Shown here piece by piece: positions 25,180 through 33,279 of a stretch of 38,577 nucleotides of DNA. This DNA is from a virus (taxonomy: Duplodnaviria > Heunggongvirae > Uroviricota > Caudoviricetes). Made by a program: the position numbers and the translations under genes. The stretch's first letter is position 1. Each line of letters starts with the position of its first letter. Location of the stretch: IMG/VR virus record IMGVR_UViG_3300020057_001228, positions 128,001 through 166,577 of that record; one strand, written 5' to 3'. The notes beneath the pieces were generated by a model that searched no databases, was not told where the DNA came from, and saw only the letters and a list, made by a program, of their open reading frames with translations.

Positions 25180-26634
25180 CTACCTCTGTACTTTTAGTCT
25201 TACTACTTCACCGCAGTGCTCTGGAAATACTTCGTCAGTGGTGCATACCCACATGGTCCGAGCAAAGATCAACTCGGGTGGTGGTTTCTGTGCTGCACCA
25301 TCTGTCAACACAATGATACCTGTATAGTTCTTACGCTTCCAGATACCACGTACGTGTTTAAGAGCCTCGATAAAGCTAGTGCCGCCTCTACCCTTGATCG
25401 CGTAGCCTGCTGACCTTCTGAAGGGGCTTATATCCTGTACAGAGAAGTCAAACTGTATGACGTCGATCTGTACTCCATTCCTATAAGCACCCTCAACCTC
25501 AGACAGGAAAGAGGTTAACTCTTTGTTGCTCACAGAGCTAGAGGTATCAAGCAGGAATGCTATATAGGTTCCAGGAAGAGGTTTGATCTTCGGGGGCTGT
25601 CCATACTTGTTCAGCTGACCTGACGTAGCCCTAAGCTGAATCCCACCACAGTATCCTAAGAACCTTCTGATGTAATGCTGCCATGGTAGCTTAGACGCTT
25701 TACCAGCTTCGATGATCTGCTGAATCTTACCAGCTACGTCACCACAGTACTTCTGGAACATCTCAGGGTCTGTCATCTCTTTAGCAGAGGACATCTCCTG
25801 TGAGAGCTTGAACTGAACAGCTTCTTTCATGTTGGGATCTTCGACAGCTGTCTCCCAGTAGTCATGGTTAGAAGCTTCCTTCATCTGGGCTGTTATATCA
25901 GCAGCAGAGGAACCTTCGTCTTCACCTTCAGATGGCTCATCGCCCTCTTCTTCAGAGGATGTACCTTCATCATCGGACTCAGACTCTTCATCACTCTCAC
26001 CAGAGCTATCACTCTCACCAGAGCTATCACTCTCACCAGAGCTATCACTCTCACCAGATCCACCCATATCAGATCCAGAGCCACTAGACTCGCCTTCACC
26101 TTCACCCTCTTCTACAACCTCAGGCAGTAGGCTATATACCCACTTAACCCATTCGTAGTAAGACAGGCTGGTAGCAAACCCTTTAGGCATAGAGTTAGTT
26201 ATGTTCTGTGTAGGAGGAACAAACTTCTGCATAGCATCAAGGAAACGCTTAGGTGTAATGGAGTTAGGAAGCAGCAAAGCTCCTTGAGCCTCCATCATGA
26301 CGTTGATAGCCATATCACAGGCTACACTGTAGAGAGGGTCGCCAAACTCAGGCTGCATAGGATGTTCGTAGATCCAGTGTAGAACCTCGTGCTCCAGTAG
26401 GAACAGTCGGCTCTTCAAGGTAATGGTATCCAGTGCCTCTTCATTAATTAGAAGCACTGAGGAGCCTTCTAGCCCCTCGTAAGTGATACCAAAGTACGCG
26501 ACATCCTTACTAGGTTTGTACCTCATCTGAAGAACCCAAGCATAATAGAAAGGGTTCCTGGTCAGAAGAGCAATTACCGTTTCGCTATAAGCTTGGGTCA
26601 AACCTTTCCCCCTTGTCGTCCAGAAGAGTGGCAT
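25180..26634 (-). CDS. HExxH metallopeptidase-like + vWA domain protein (DUF2201 type, copy 2) with acidic linker
   Basis: PFY, HEVLH, VACDMAIN, HDYW, LPW; MIDAS DTSSS, GRGGTSF, TDG. Confidence 0.9.
   Translation of the reverse strand: MPLFWTTRGKGLTQAYSETVIALLTRNPFYYAWVLQMRYKPSKDVAYFGITYEGLEGSSVLLINEEALDTITLKSRLFLLEHEVLHWIYEHPMQPEFGDPLYSVACDMAINVMMEAQGALLLPNSITPKRFLDAMQKFVPPTQNITNSMPKGFATSLSYYEWVKWVYSLLPEVVEEGEGEGESSGSGSDMGGSGESDSSGESDSSGESDSSGESDEESESDDEGTSSEEEGDEPSEGEDEGSSAADITAQMKEASNHDYWETAVEDPNMKEAVQFKLSQEMSSAKEMTDPEMFQKYCGDVAGKIQQIIEAGKASKLPWQHYIRRFLGYCGGIQLRATSGQLNKYGQPPKIKPLPGTYIAFLLDTSSSVSNKELTSFLSEVEGAYRNGVQIDVIQFDFSVQDISPFRRSAGYAIKGRGGTSFIEALKHVRGIWKRKNYTGIIVLTDGAAQKPPPELIFARTMWVCTTDEVFPEHCGEVVRLKVQR
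25990..26058. repeat. 18-bp tandem repeat, about 3.8 copies
   Basis: ATCACTCTCACCAGAGCT units encoding (SGESDS)n in the acidic linker. Confidence 0.95.
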
Positions 26635-26953
26635 CCAACTCTTCCTGCCCTTTGGTGATGTATAGAGCTTTTCTGATCGGCTCGTCTACTACAGCAATGA
26701 TAGTCCCTTTACACAGCTTGGCAACCTGTCTGATTATTTCCACACCATCCTCTGTTTTTAGCTGGATGGCCATGATCCTAAGACGCTTCCCTTTGAAGCC
26801 ACCTGTAAGAGCAATGTGGGTTGACTGGATACACCAACTGTTATCGGAAGCAGCGAACATGACTTTGAGACGATCTGCACTTGGGAAGAACCCAATGATC
26901 TCCATAAGATCATCTCTGTACACGTTCATTACAATGCTGTAGACAGTGATCAT
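26585..26953 (-). CDS. hypothetical protein
   Basis: 122-aa ORF with ATGA coupling to the upstream gene. Confidence 0.65.
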   Translation of the reverse strand: MITVYSIVMNVYRDDLMEIIGFFPSADRLKVMFAASDNSWCIQSTHIALTGGFKGKRLRIMAIQLKTEDGVEIIRQVAKLCKGTIIAVVDEPIRKALYITKGQEELDATLLDDKGERFDPSL

Positions 26954-28194
26954 AACCCTCTACTCCTAATGGCAGTGTTAGCCTGCTGGAGGTACGTACC
27001 GAGGTACTCGTACTCCTTCTGTATAGAGTAATAACTCACTCTCTCTAGCAGGTGTTGAGCAGTAGTGTTCCCAGTCTTAGCAACTTTGTAAGCACTAGCC
27101 ACGATTTGTATAAAGCTCTCTAGGCCAATACACTCTAAGATGAACTTGTTGACATTGTGTCGAGTCGTATGTTGCATACGAAGTACCGATAGTACACCTC
27201 GCCACGTAGCAGCGTTAAGAGTTTCAGGATACTCCAACCAGAGAGTCCTCAGACAGCTCAGAGTAGGACTATCACCATCGGTGTGATCGATCGTGAGCTG
27301 GATAGCTTTAGTGACCGTTCTAGCGAGTCCTACAGGGTCTGGGTGTGACTTGAGGTAGCTTACGATACCCGTGGTAAGTACAGAAGACCACTCTCGTATA
27401 CTCTGCTTGTCATTAATGCCAGCACCGTAAGAGAGTTCGATCAGATCACAAACTCTTCTTATAGATACTTCTGTTGGTCTGTTGGTCGTTAGTTTCAGAA
27501 GCTCCATGTCTTCAACCACTAGAGAGTCAATGACGTCGCTGGGTACAGTTGGATGGAGTACACAAGCTCGTAGTGTTAACTTCTTATCAGCATCGTTAAC
27601 ACTGGTGAGTGTAGGATGGTCAGCAACTGCTGGTTTCAATCCTGCCCAGGTCATGATCAACCAGGCTGGACATGCAATAGCCGTCGTGACTATCTCGTTG
27701 ATAGTTAGAACACTCTTCGGTTGTGTATTCAGTATCCGTAAGCCAATGTCTTCAGGTAACAACCTGCTACGGAATGGCATAGATAAGTCGATACCACCCA
27801 CCCGTTCATAGAGACAGGCTAGCATCTCCCAGCGGCCGTTGTGAATCCAGGAGGTTGCTATATCATGTCGATCTTGTGGGTGAGAGTTAGCTTTGAGCTG
27901 ACCAAAGATGATACTTTTGTACGGATCATGGTCTATTTCCTGATCCATAAATCGTACAGTGTGCGGGTAGTTAGATGCTAAGGATAAGAGCTGGAGGGTA
28001 GTTAGCATAGACCTAGTGTTAGCTAAATAAGATGCTGCACTTTGGTAGATGTCACGCCCTACTCTGGTAAGGAGGAAGTGGAGTGCTGCTTCAGCTTCGG
28101 CTGGACTCTGTGAGTCACCTACAACATCGGCAACAGTATCATGCCGGTCAATCTTCTCTAGTCTTTCCAGCATTGCTAAGAACGATGTGTCCAC
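26950..28194 (-). CDS. hypothetical alpha-helical protein (414 aa)
   Basis: Long ORF with GGGGAG RBS and GTG start; no recognisable motif. Confidence 0.8.
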   Translation of the reverse strand: MDTSFLAMLERLEKIDRHDTVADVVGDSQSPAEAEAALHFLLTRVGRDIYQSAASYLANTRSMLTTLQLLSLASNYPHTVRFMDQEIDHDPYKSIIFGQLKANSHPQDRHDIATSWIHNGRWEMLACLYERVGGIDLSMPFRSRLLPEDIGLRILNTQPKSVLTINEIVTTAIACPAWLIMTWAGLKPAVADHPTLTSVNDADKKLTLRACVLHPTVPSDVIDSLVVEDMELLKLTTNRPTEVSIRRVCDLIELSYGAGINDKQSIREWSSVLTTGIVSYLKSHPDPVGLARTVTKAIQLTIDHTDGDSPTLSCLRTLWLEYPETLNAATWRGVLSVLRMQHTTRHNVNKFILECIGLESFIQIVASAYKVAKTGNTTAQHLLERVSYYSIQKEYEYLGTYLQQANTAIRSRGL

Positions 28195-28519
28195 GTCTCT
28201 CCCCGTATGGTCCCATTAATCTTCTGTCTGGACGACGTTGTAGTTCACGTGCTGAGTACTTCATATATAGAGCACGAAAGCACCAGCTGAGGCCCCTAAG
28301 AGCTTCCCACTGCCAGTAAAGAATCTGTACCACGTTGTGGGTCTGTTCTTTACCTGCATAGTGCATAACATTTAGATGAACTGAAGCAACCCTGTGTCTT
28401 AGATCTGTGATGCCCGCGAGTTCAGCTTTACTTAGAGTTGGTAGTACTGACTTAGCAGTCGCCTTTACAACTCTATTCCTGATCCTGTTTCTGGTGTGGG
28501 CAACAGTTCTATAGTCCAA
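28148..28519 (-). CDS. basic hypothetical protein
   Basis: 123-aa ORF, TTG start 1 nt after the upstream stop. Confidence 0.6.
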   Translation of the reverse strand: MDYRTVAHTRNRIRNRVVKATAKSVLPTLSKAELAGITDLRHRVASVHLNVMHYAGKEQTHNVVQILYWQWEALRGLSWCFRALYMKYSARELQRRPDRRLMGPYGERRGHIVLSNAGKTRED

Positions 28520-28520
28520 T

Positions 28521-28838
28521 TTAGATACCTACATCGGTCATACACTCCGTTACTCTGAACACAATATCAAAGACTACTTCAGCCTCTGGTTCAGTGTACT
28601 TAACTTCCTTGAGATAACTCTCTTTGTACTCAGCTAGCAACGCTTTGCTAATAGCTTGGTACGTATCATTAGTATCGCAGGCAACGTGTACCACAACAAG
28701 AGGCATACCATCGTCACTGACACTATATTGACGGAGCACTAGAAAGCCATCGATGACGTCTGTCTCTAGGATCAACCCATCTGTACCACTGGTAACAGAC
28801 TGCAAAAGATCATCCAGATCTTCAAACCTATGTATCAC
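28521..28838 (-). CDS. acidic hypothetical protein
   Basis: 105-aa ORF with AGGAAGGT RBS. Confidence 0.7.
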   Translation of the reverse strand: MIHRFEDLDDLLQSVTSGTDGLILETDVIDGFLVLRQYSVSDDGMPLVVVHVACDTNDTYQAISKALLAEYKESYLKEVKYTEPEAEVVFDIVFRVTECMTDVGI

Positions 28839-28867
28839 AACTTACCTTCCTAATTAGTTTATAGGTA

Positions 28868-28887
28868 GGAGGGGACTAACCCCCTCC
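28868..28887 (-). terminator. GC-rich stem-loop after the genes downstream of the E2 gene
   Basis: GGAGGGGG-TTAG-TCCCCTCC with no clear U-tract. Confidence 0.45.
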
Positions 28888-28893
28888 CGATAC

Positions 28894-29142
28894 CTATATT
28901 GTCAGGACTACGTTGAGTGCTTTGTACGCTTCCAACAAGTTTAATCCTGCTGTTGTACCTTTGAGCACCTTGGAAATGTCGTGCCTAGCTTTGATAACAA
29001 GATCTAGTTCTTCTTGCTCCATAGCTTCCTGGTCTACACAAGTTTGTAGTAGCTGAGCCACAACACTAAAGTCGTGGTCAGCTTGCAATAGGGCCAACCG
29101 CATTGCTGCAGCTTCTACCTCTAGCTCTGAGTAACTACTCAT
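28894..29142 (-). CDS. hypothetical helical protein
   Basis: 82-aa ORF overlapping the upstream stop. Confidence 0.65.
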   Translation of the reverse strand: MSSYSELEVEAAAMRLALLQADHDFSVVAQLLQTCVDQEAMEQEELDLVIKARHDISKVLKGTTAGLNLLEAYKALNVVLTI

Positions 29143-29452
29143 CGTTGAACATAGCGCGTATCGTCTCTTCTATTTCTACATGATCAGCAAAGCCGCGAGG
29201 TGCTGGTGTAACTGGGGCTACTACGATATGAGGGAAACGGTCTCTAAAGAATGGATTCTGAGGACGGTTTCTACCTACCCCATTATCCAAATCCCGTTGC
29301 CTAGCATCTCGTATCTGCTGCATAACGTCAGCCTCAGTAGCATGGGGACCAAGTTCCATACGGTATCTACGGCCATCAACAGCTTCCGCTGTGACTATAG
29401 CGCCATAGGGCCCGAAGTCCCTATTGATAGACACGATACCTAGGTCGTTCAT
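29135..29452 (-). CDS. hypothetical protein
   Basis: 105-aa ORF starting 17 nt after the E2 gene. Confidence 0.7.
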   Translation of the reverse strand: MNDLGIVSINRDFGPYGAIVTAEAVDGRRYRMELGPHATEADVMQQIRDARQRDLDNGVGRNRPQNPFFRDRFPHIVVAPVTPAPRGFADHVEIEETIRAMFNDE

Positions 29453-29469
29453 GGTGTTCTGCTGACGGT

Positions 29470-31716
29470 CTACCAGGTCCCTGTAGTTGCGACGGTTGTT
29501 CCCCAGTTCCCGGTACCTGTGATGGTTATCGTCGATCCTGACGTTATTGTCGACGTCGACGGCTGGTACTGGACTTTTGGGACAGCGGATACTCCACCAA
29601 CAGCCTTGAGCAGAGCGATCTGCTCTGTGATATAGCTAGCTTCGTCGCTGTCACGCTTGAAGATATCCTTGGTAGCAACGTTGTAGTACTCACAGAAAGC
29701 TACAACATCGTCACCAGAGAACTCACGAGCTAGGATGGGTCTAAGCTGACCTAGTGGTGGACGGCAGCTGGCTGCGATCGCACGACTACTCTTCTTAAAC
29801 ATGTACTTAGAAGCACGTGTGATAGCCTTCTGTAGCTTCTCATGAAGTACTGCTCCCTCAGGAACAAACGTCACGGCAAACTTGAAGTCATCAGGCGTAG
29901 CTGTTGGGTACACGGTAATCCTAGACCCTTGAGGGATAGGCATACCACGCCATTCCATAGGACTGGCAACTGCCATCTCTAGACTCAATGCAGCTAGCTC
30001 AGGGTTATCTGGGTTGGCTGTACGAGCGTTCTCATAGAGACCTGCAAAGGTACCAGAGATATGATTACGGATATCATCTTCGTAGATATCATCCCTATTG
30101 ACGTGATACAGAGCTGCAAGCAGGTTCTCACCACGACCTCCAATGTAGGCAGGCCTAGTGGTCAAGACGGTTCTACACACCCCAGGAACACGGAACGAAG
30201 TCGTAGCCCCTGTGTAGACTGTATCAGGACCCTCAGTAGACATAGTGAAGTAATCAGCTCCACCATTCTCATGAGCTGCTGGTGACAACAGACCAGAGAA
30301 CGCAGCACGAGCAACTTGTCTACCCCAGTTATTGATTGCTAGAACTGCCTGCGGGACAACGTCTCCCAGAACCTCATTGATAAGCTTGTTTACCGTATTG
30401 CCATTCTTATCAAGAGTCTTATGTACAGAGAGTTGCAGCAGTAGAGTATGTACAGGCATGAGGATCTGCTCCCCACCACCGTTGCGTCCTGTGTACTGAC
30501 CAAGGAAGGCATCGATCTCAGGGATGTACCTAGTTATCCGACTCAACGAGTTGATATAGTTAGAGCCAATTTGCATAGCCTTCTCTGTACCAACGTAGTG
30601 TTGAAGAACGATAGCCCTAAGGTTATCCATCTCCTTCTTGTGAACCTGGATAGCTTTGTCTAGAGCTATGTCTAACTTCGGATTGGTAGTACGGACATAG
30701 GTGACAGGAGCCTTCCGTGTGGTCAGTCTAGAACGGATCTCTGAGTAATGCTGTTGCGCTACTCTAGCCCAGTTCACACTGTTGTTAGCAATCGCAGCTA
30801 CCTTATAGCACTCTGCAGTCACAAAGATCGACTGAGGATTCACTGGGATCTCTTGATCACCAACTACTGCTACATAGCCCTCTGGTGTGGACTTACAAGG
30901 GTAGGTAAAGAACTTGTTGCCCTCAGATAGGACCAGCACTTTATTATGCTCACCAGTAATGGCGTCTACGTACTTGAAGCTATCTTTAGCCATCGCGCGA
31001 TACGGTACACCATTCAGCAGGAGCACAGACTGGTCTCTAACCACCTGATCATTACCAGTACGAGAGTTCTCACCATTCATAAGAGCGGTGAGGTCTCTGC
31101 CAGATACAGGAACAGGATAGTCCGTAACGTCTGCCAAGCTTAGCTTGGACCATGCTCTGAACATACCACGTCTAGGCTCCTGACTCTGTGCTGTAGAGAA
31201 CTTGGGGTTCTTCGCTAGGATCTCAGGCTTGATGAAGCACAGGTTACCTTCCAAGTGATGGTTGAATGGAGAGCTAAGGAAGTACGTGATAGCCTGCATC
31301 AGGCTCGTACTCTGTCCGTGCCCACCAAAACAGATCTTACCGTTAGACCAAACGTTACCAACCTGGAATGCATTCAGTCTAGAGTACGTCACATCGAGTG
31401 AAGATCTAGTAAAGACACGTAGCTTGTCGTAAGCTGTTCGACCTGGAGTCATATCCCATAGGAACACAAGATTCGGAACAGGGACGGTGAGTCGCTCATC
31501 CAGAAAGATAACTTCTCTATTGTGAGCTGGAAGTTCAAAGGCGAACGTAGTGTTCAAGCCTCTAACCATCTTCAACCCAGAGAATTCCAACATAGTTGCC
31601 ATTGCTGGGATAGTAACCCGCTGTGGTTTCACTACGTTTCCATTGGGGAGTACATTCTCTCCAACTTCAACTAGGACACAGGGGGTACCCCCGATGACTG
31701 CTTCGATTGTATCCAT
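29470..31716 (-). CDS. large protein with N-terminal prokaryotic E2 domain (Prok-E2_D / PRTRC protein B-like)
   Basis: VPVPNLVF...LRVF...L.AF..GNVWSNGKICFG...YFLSSPFNHHL matches the E2 family D pattern (P.LVF; NV...G.hC.G with catalytic Cys; F..S.F); sits beside E1, Ubl and JAB genes. Confidence 0.8.
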   Translation of the reverse strand: MDTIEAVIGGTPCVLVEVGENVLPNGNVVKPQRVTIPAMATMLEFSGLKMVRGLNTTFAFELPAHNREVIFLDERLTVPVPNLVFLWDMTPGRTAYDKLRVFTRSSLDVTYSRLNAFQVGNVWSNGKICFGGHGQSTSLMQAITYFLSSPFNHHLEGNLCFIKPEILAKNPKFSTAQSQEPRRGMFRAWSKLSLADVTDYPVPVSGRDLTALMNGENSRTGNDQVVRDQSVLLLNGVPYRAMAKDSFKYVDAITGEHNKVLVLSEGNKFFTYPCKSTPEGYVAVVGDQEIPVNPQSIFVTAECYKVAAIANNSVNWARVAQQHYSEIRSRLTTRKAPVTYVRTTNPKLDIALDKAIQVHKKEMDNLRAIVLQHYVGTEKAMQIGSNYINSLSRITRYIPEIDAFLGQYTGRNGGGEQILMPVHTLLLQLSVHKTLDKNGNTVNKLINEVLGDVVPQAVLAINNWGRQVARAAFSGLLSPAAHENGGADYFTMSTEGPDTVYTGATTSFRVPGVCRTVLTTRPAYIGGRGENLLAALYHVNRDDIYEDDIRNHISGTFAGLYENARTANPDNPELAALSLEMAVASPMEWRGMPIPQGSRITVYPTATPDDFKFAVTFVPEGAVLHEKLQKAITRASKYMFKKSSRAIAASCRPPLGQLRPILAREFSGDDVVAFCEYYNVATKDIFKRDSDEASYITEQIALLKAVGGVSAVPKVQYQPSTSTITSGSTITITGTGNWGTTVATTGTW

Positions 31717-31730
31717 TGTTCCGTCCCGCT

Positions 31731-31765
31731 AAAAAGGGGGTCAGGAACACCACGTTCCCAACCCC
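31731..31765 (-). terminator. intrinsic terminator between the Ubl and E2 genes
   Basis: GGGGTTGGGAAC-GTGGT-GTTCCTGACCCC followed by CTTTTT. Confidence 0.85.
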
Positions 31766-31773
31766 AAGGTCTA

Positions 31774-32430
31774 CTACCTGTCCCGAACTGAAATGGTCAC
31801 ACGGATAGCGTCACGCTCAACACCCAGCGCATTGGCTAGAGTTGCGATGATACTGTCACGTGCGGCATCTGTAGCCTGACGAGGCGTGGCCGGTGCTGTA
31901 GCTGTAGCTACGGGCACTACCACTGCTGCACGCTGGGCAGCCTTAGCATCGAGTGTCTGCTTTAGCAGGACAGCTGCGATGAGCTTCGGGCTCCCAACGT
32001 CTGCATACTCCAACCTTTCGGTTGCTGACACAACGACACTATGCTCAGCATGAGTCTCGTCGTTGGAGAAGTGGAAGATACCTGGCTCGTCTGCGTCAGC
32101 ATCAACGCTCCAGCCGGCATCCGCCAATTCCCCTAGCAGCCGGCGTGCAGAGGATGTGTCAAAAGACTGCTTGGTTCCAGTAGTGGCTACCAGAGTCACA
32201 TAGACTTCGGTAGTACCAGCGGGAAGCTGGGCCACGATGGAATCAGCCGAGGTATCCAGACCACCGAGGTTCTGGTTGTTGACGTTCACGGTAACCCCTG
32301 TGAGCTGGTTCTCACCGATGAGGCCACGGGACATCGCGTTCTCAAACAGCTGACGAAGGGTCCGACCCTGCCAGTTACGAGTGATAGCGGTCTCATTGTT
32401 GACCGTTAGGTTGAATACTGTTTCAGCCAT
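31774..32430 (-). CDS. ubiquitin-like (beta-grasp) precursor with long C-terminal extension
   Basis: The N-terminal ~88 aa follow a beta-beta-alpha-beta pattern (FNLTVN; TLRQLF; VTVNVNN; VYVTLVATTGTK). The tail resembles the ...GTKG end of PRTRC protein C. Lies between E1 and E2; AAGGAG RBS. Confidence 0.65.
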   Translation of the reverse strand: MAETVFNLTVNNETAITRNWQGRTLRQLFENAMSRGLIGENQLTGVTVNVNNQNLGGLDTSADSIVAQLPAGTTEVYVTLVATTGTKQSFDTSSARRLLGELADAGWSVDADADEPGIFHFSNDETHAEHSVVVSATERLEYADVGSPKLIAAVLLKQTLDAKAAQRAAVVVPVATATAPATPRQATDAARDSIIATLANALGVERDAIRVTISVRDR

Positions 32431-32502
32431 TTAGCTGTCGTCTCCTTGGAGCGATGGTGTGTTGTAATTCTAGAAAATACGCTCTAACTAGGCGACGTAG
32501 CC

Positions 32503-33279
32503 TTAACTAACTACAGGTTCAGTTACCTGGACAGTAGGTTCCACCACAGCAGCAATCGCTACGGGTGTCAGGGTAGCCTTCTTGTTCTCAAGCAACTTCG
32601 CTAACGTTGCCACAGGGCCAATAGCGTTCTGCTTGAAGTTGACTGAGTCGTAGAACACATCAGCTGGAACTGCCGTACCCTTGTACAGAGCAGAAACCAA
32701 CTGAAGGATCACCGTTGCTCCAGTCACATTCGTACTGATGAGCTGAGGGCTACCTTCATCTGCTGTAGCCATGCATGACGGTTCATTGGGATGCCTATCT
32801 TGTGGATTGGCAATCTCAGGGTGGAACTGTGTGATGGGAGGCAGCAGATCCTGACCTTCAAGCCGAGCATACAGAAGCACATTGCCGTTGCTGAGATTGC
32901 CTGTCCCACAGATGTAGGCGACGTTCTCAAGGGTTCCGCAGTGATCCTGAATGAGCTTATTGGTCTTATGGTTATCAACCGCACTGATGACTAGGGATTC
33001 ATCAGGAATAGCGGTGACGTTATCCACGTCTAGGAAGGTAGCGATCGTGAACACATCGATCGGAGAGCCCTTTAGCTGGGCCTGCAATGCTTTTGCTTTG
33101 GGTAGTGTGATGTCATTGGTACCAAAACTCTGCCTAGCCAGGTTAGAGCGCTCAACCGTGTCGCCATCAATGATGGTCAACGCTGGCTTTGCCTCCAAGG
33201 AGCTAAGGAATCTATGTAGGGGGCCGAAGAGATTACTCCCGACTCCACCTAATCCAATAAGAATCACATTGCTGAACAT
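32503..33279 (-). CDS. ThiF/E1-like adenylyltransferase (ubiquitin-activating type)
   Basis: GLGGVGS, IIDGDTVE.SNLARQ.F, PKA, SAVDN, then LP...HPE......PSC......Q....N...A with the putative thioester Cys; lacks the MoeB/ThiF CxxC zinc pairs. Confidence 0.92.
   Translation of the reverse strand: MFSNVILIGLGGVGSNLFGPLHRFLSSLEAKPALTIIDGDTVERSNLARQSFGTNDITLPKAKALQAQLKGSPIDVFTIATFLDVDNVTAIPDESLVISAVDNHKTNKLIQDHCGTLENVAYICGTGNLSNGNVLLYARLEGQDLLPPITQFHPEIANPQDRHPNEPSCMATADEGSPQLISTNVTGATVILQLVSALYKGTAVPADVFYDSVNFKQNAIGPVATLAKLLENKKATLTPVAIAAVVEPTVQVTEPVVS

Noticed and set aside
22394-26058. Tandem repeats as a CRISPR array
   Set aside because: The repeats are contiguous, have no spacers, are in-frame multiples of 3 inside CDSs, and no cas genes are present.
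32503-33279. ThiF/MoeB role in thiamine, molybdopterin or tRNA sulfur relay
   Set aside because: It lacks CxxC zinc motifs and rhodanese/ThiS/ThiG/MoaE neighbours; the adjacent E2 and JAB genes point to protein conjugation.
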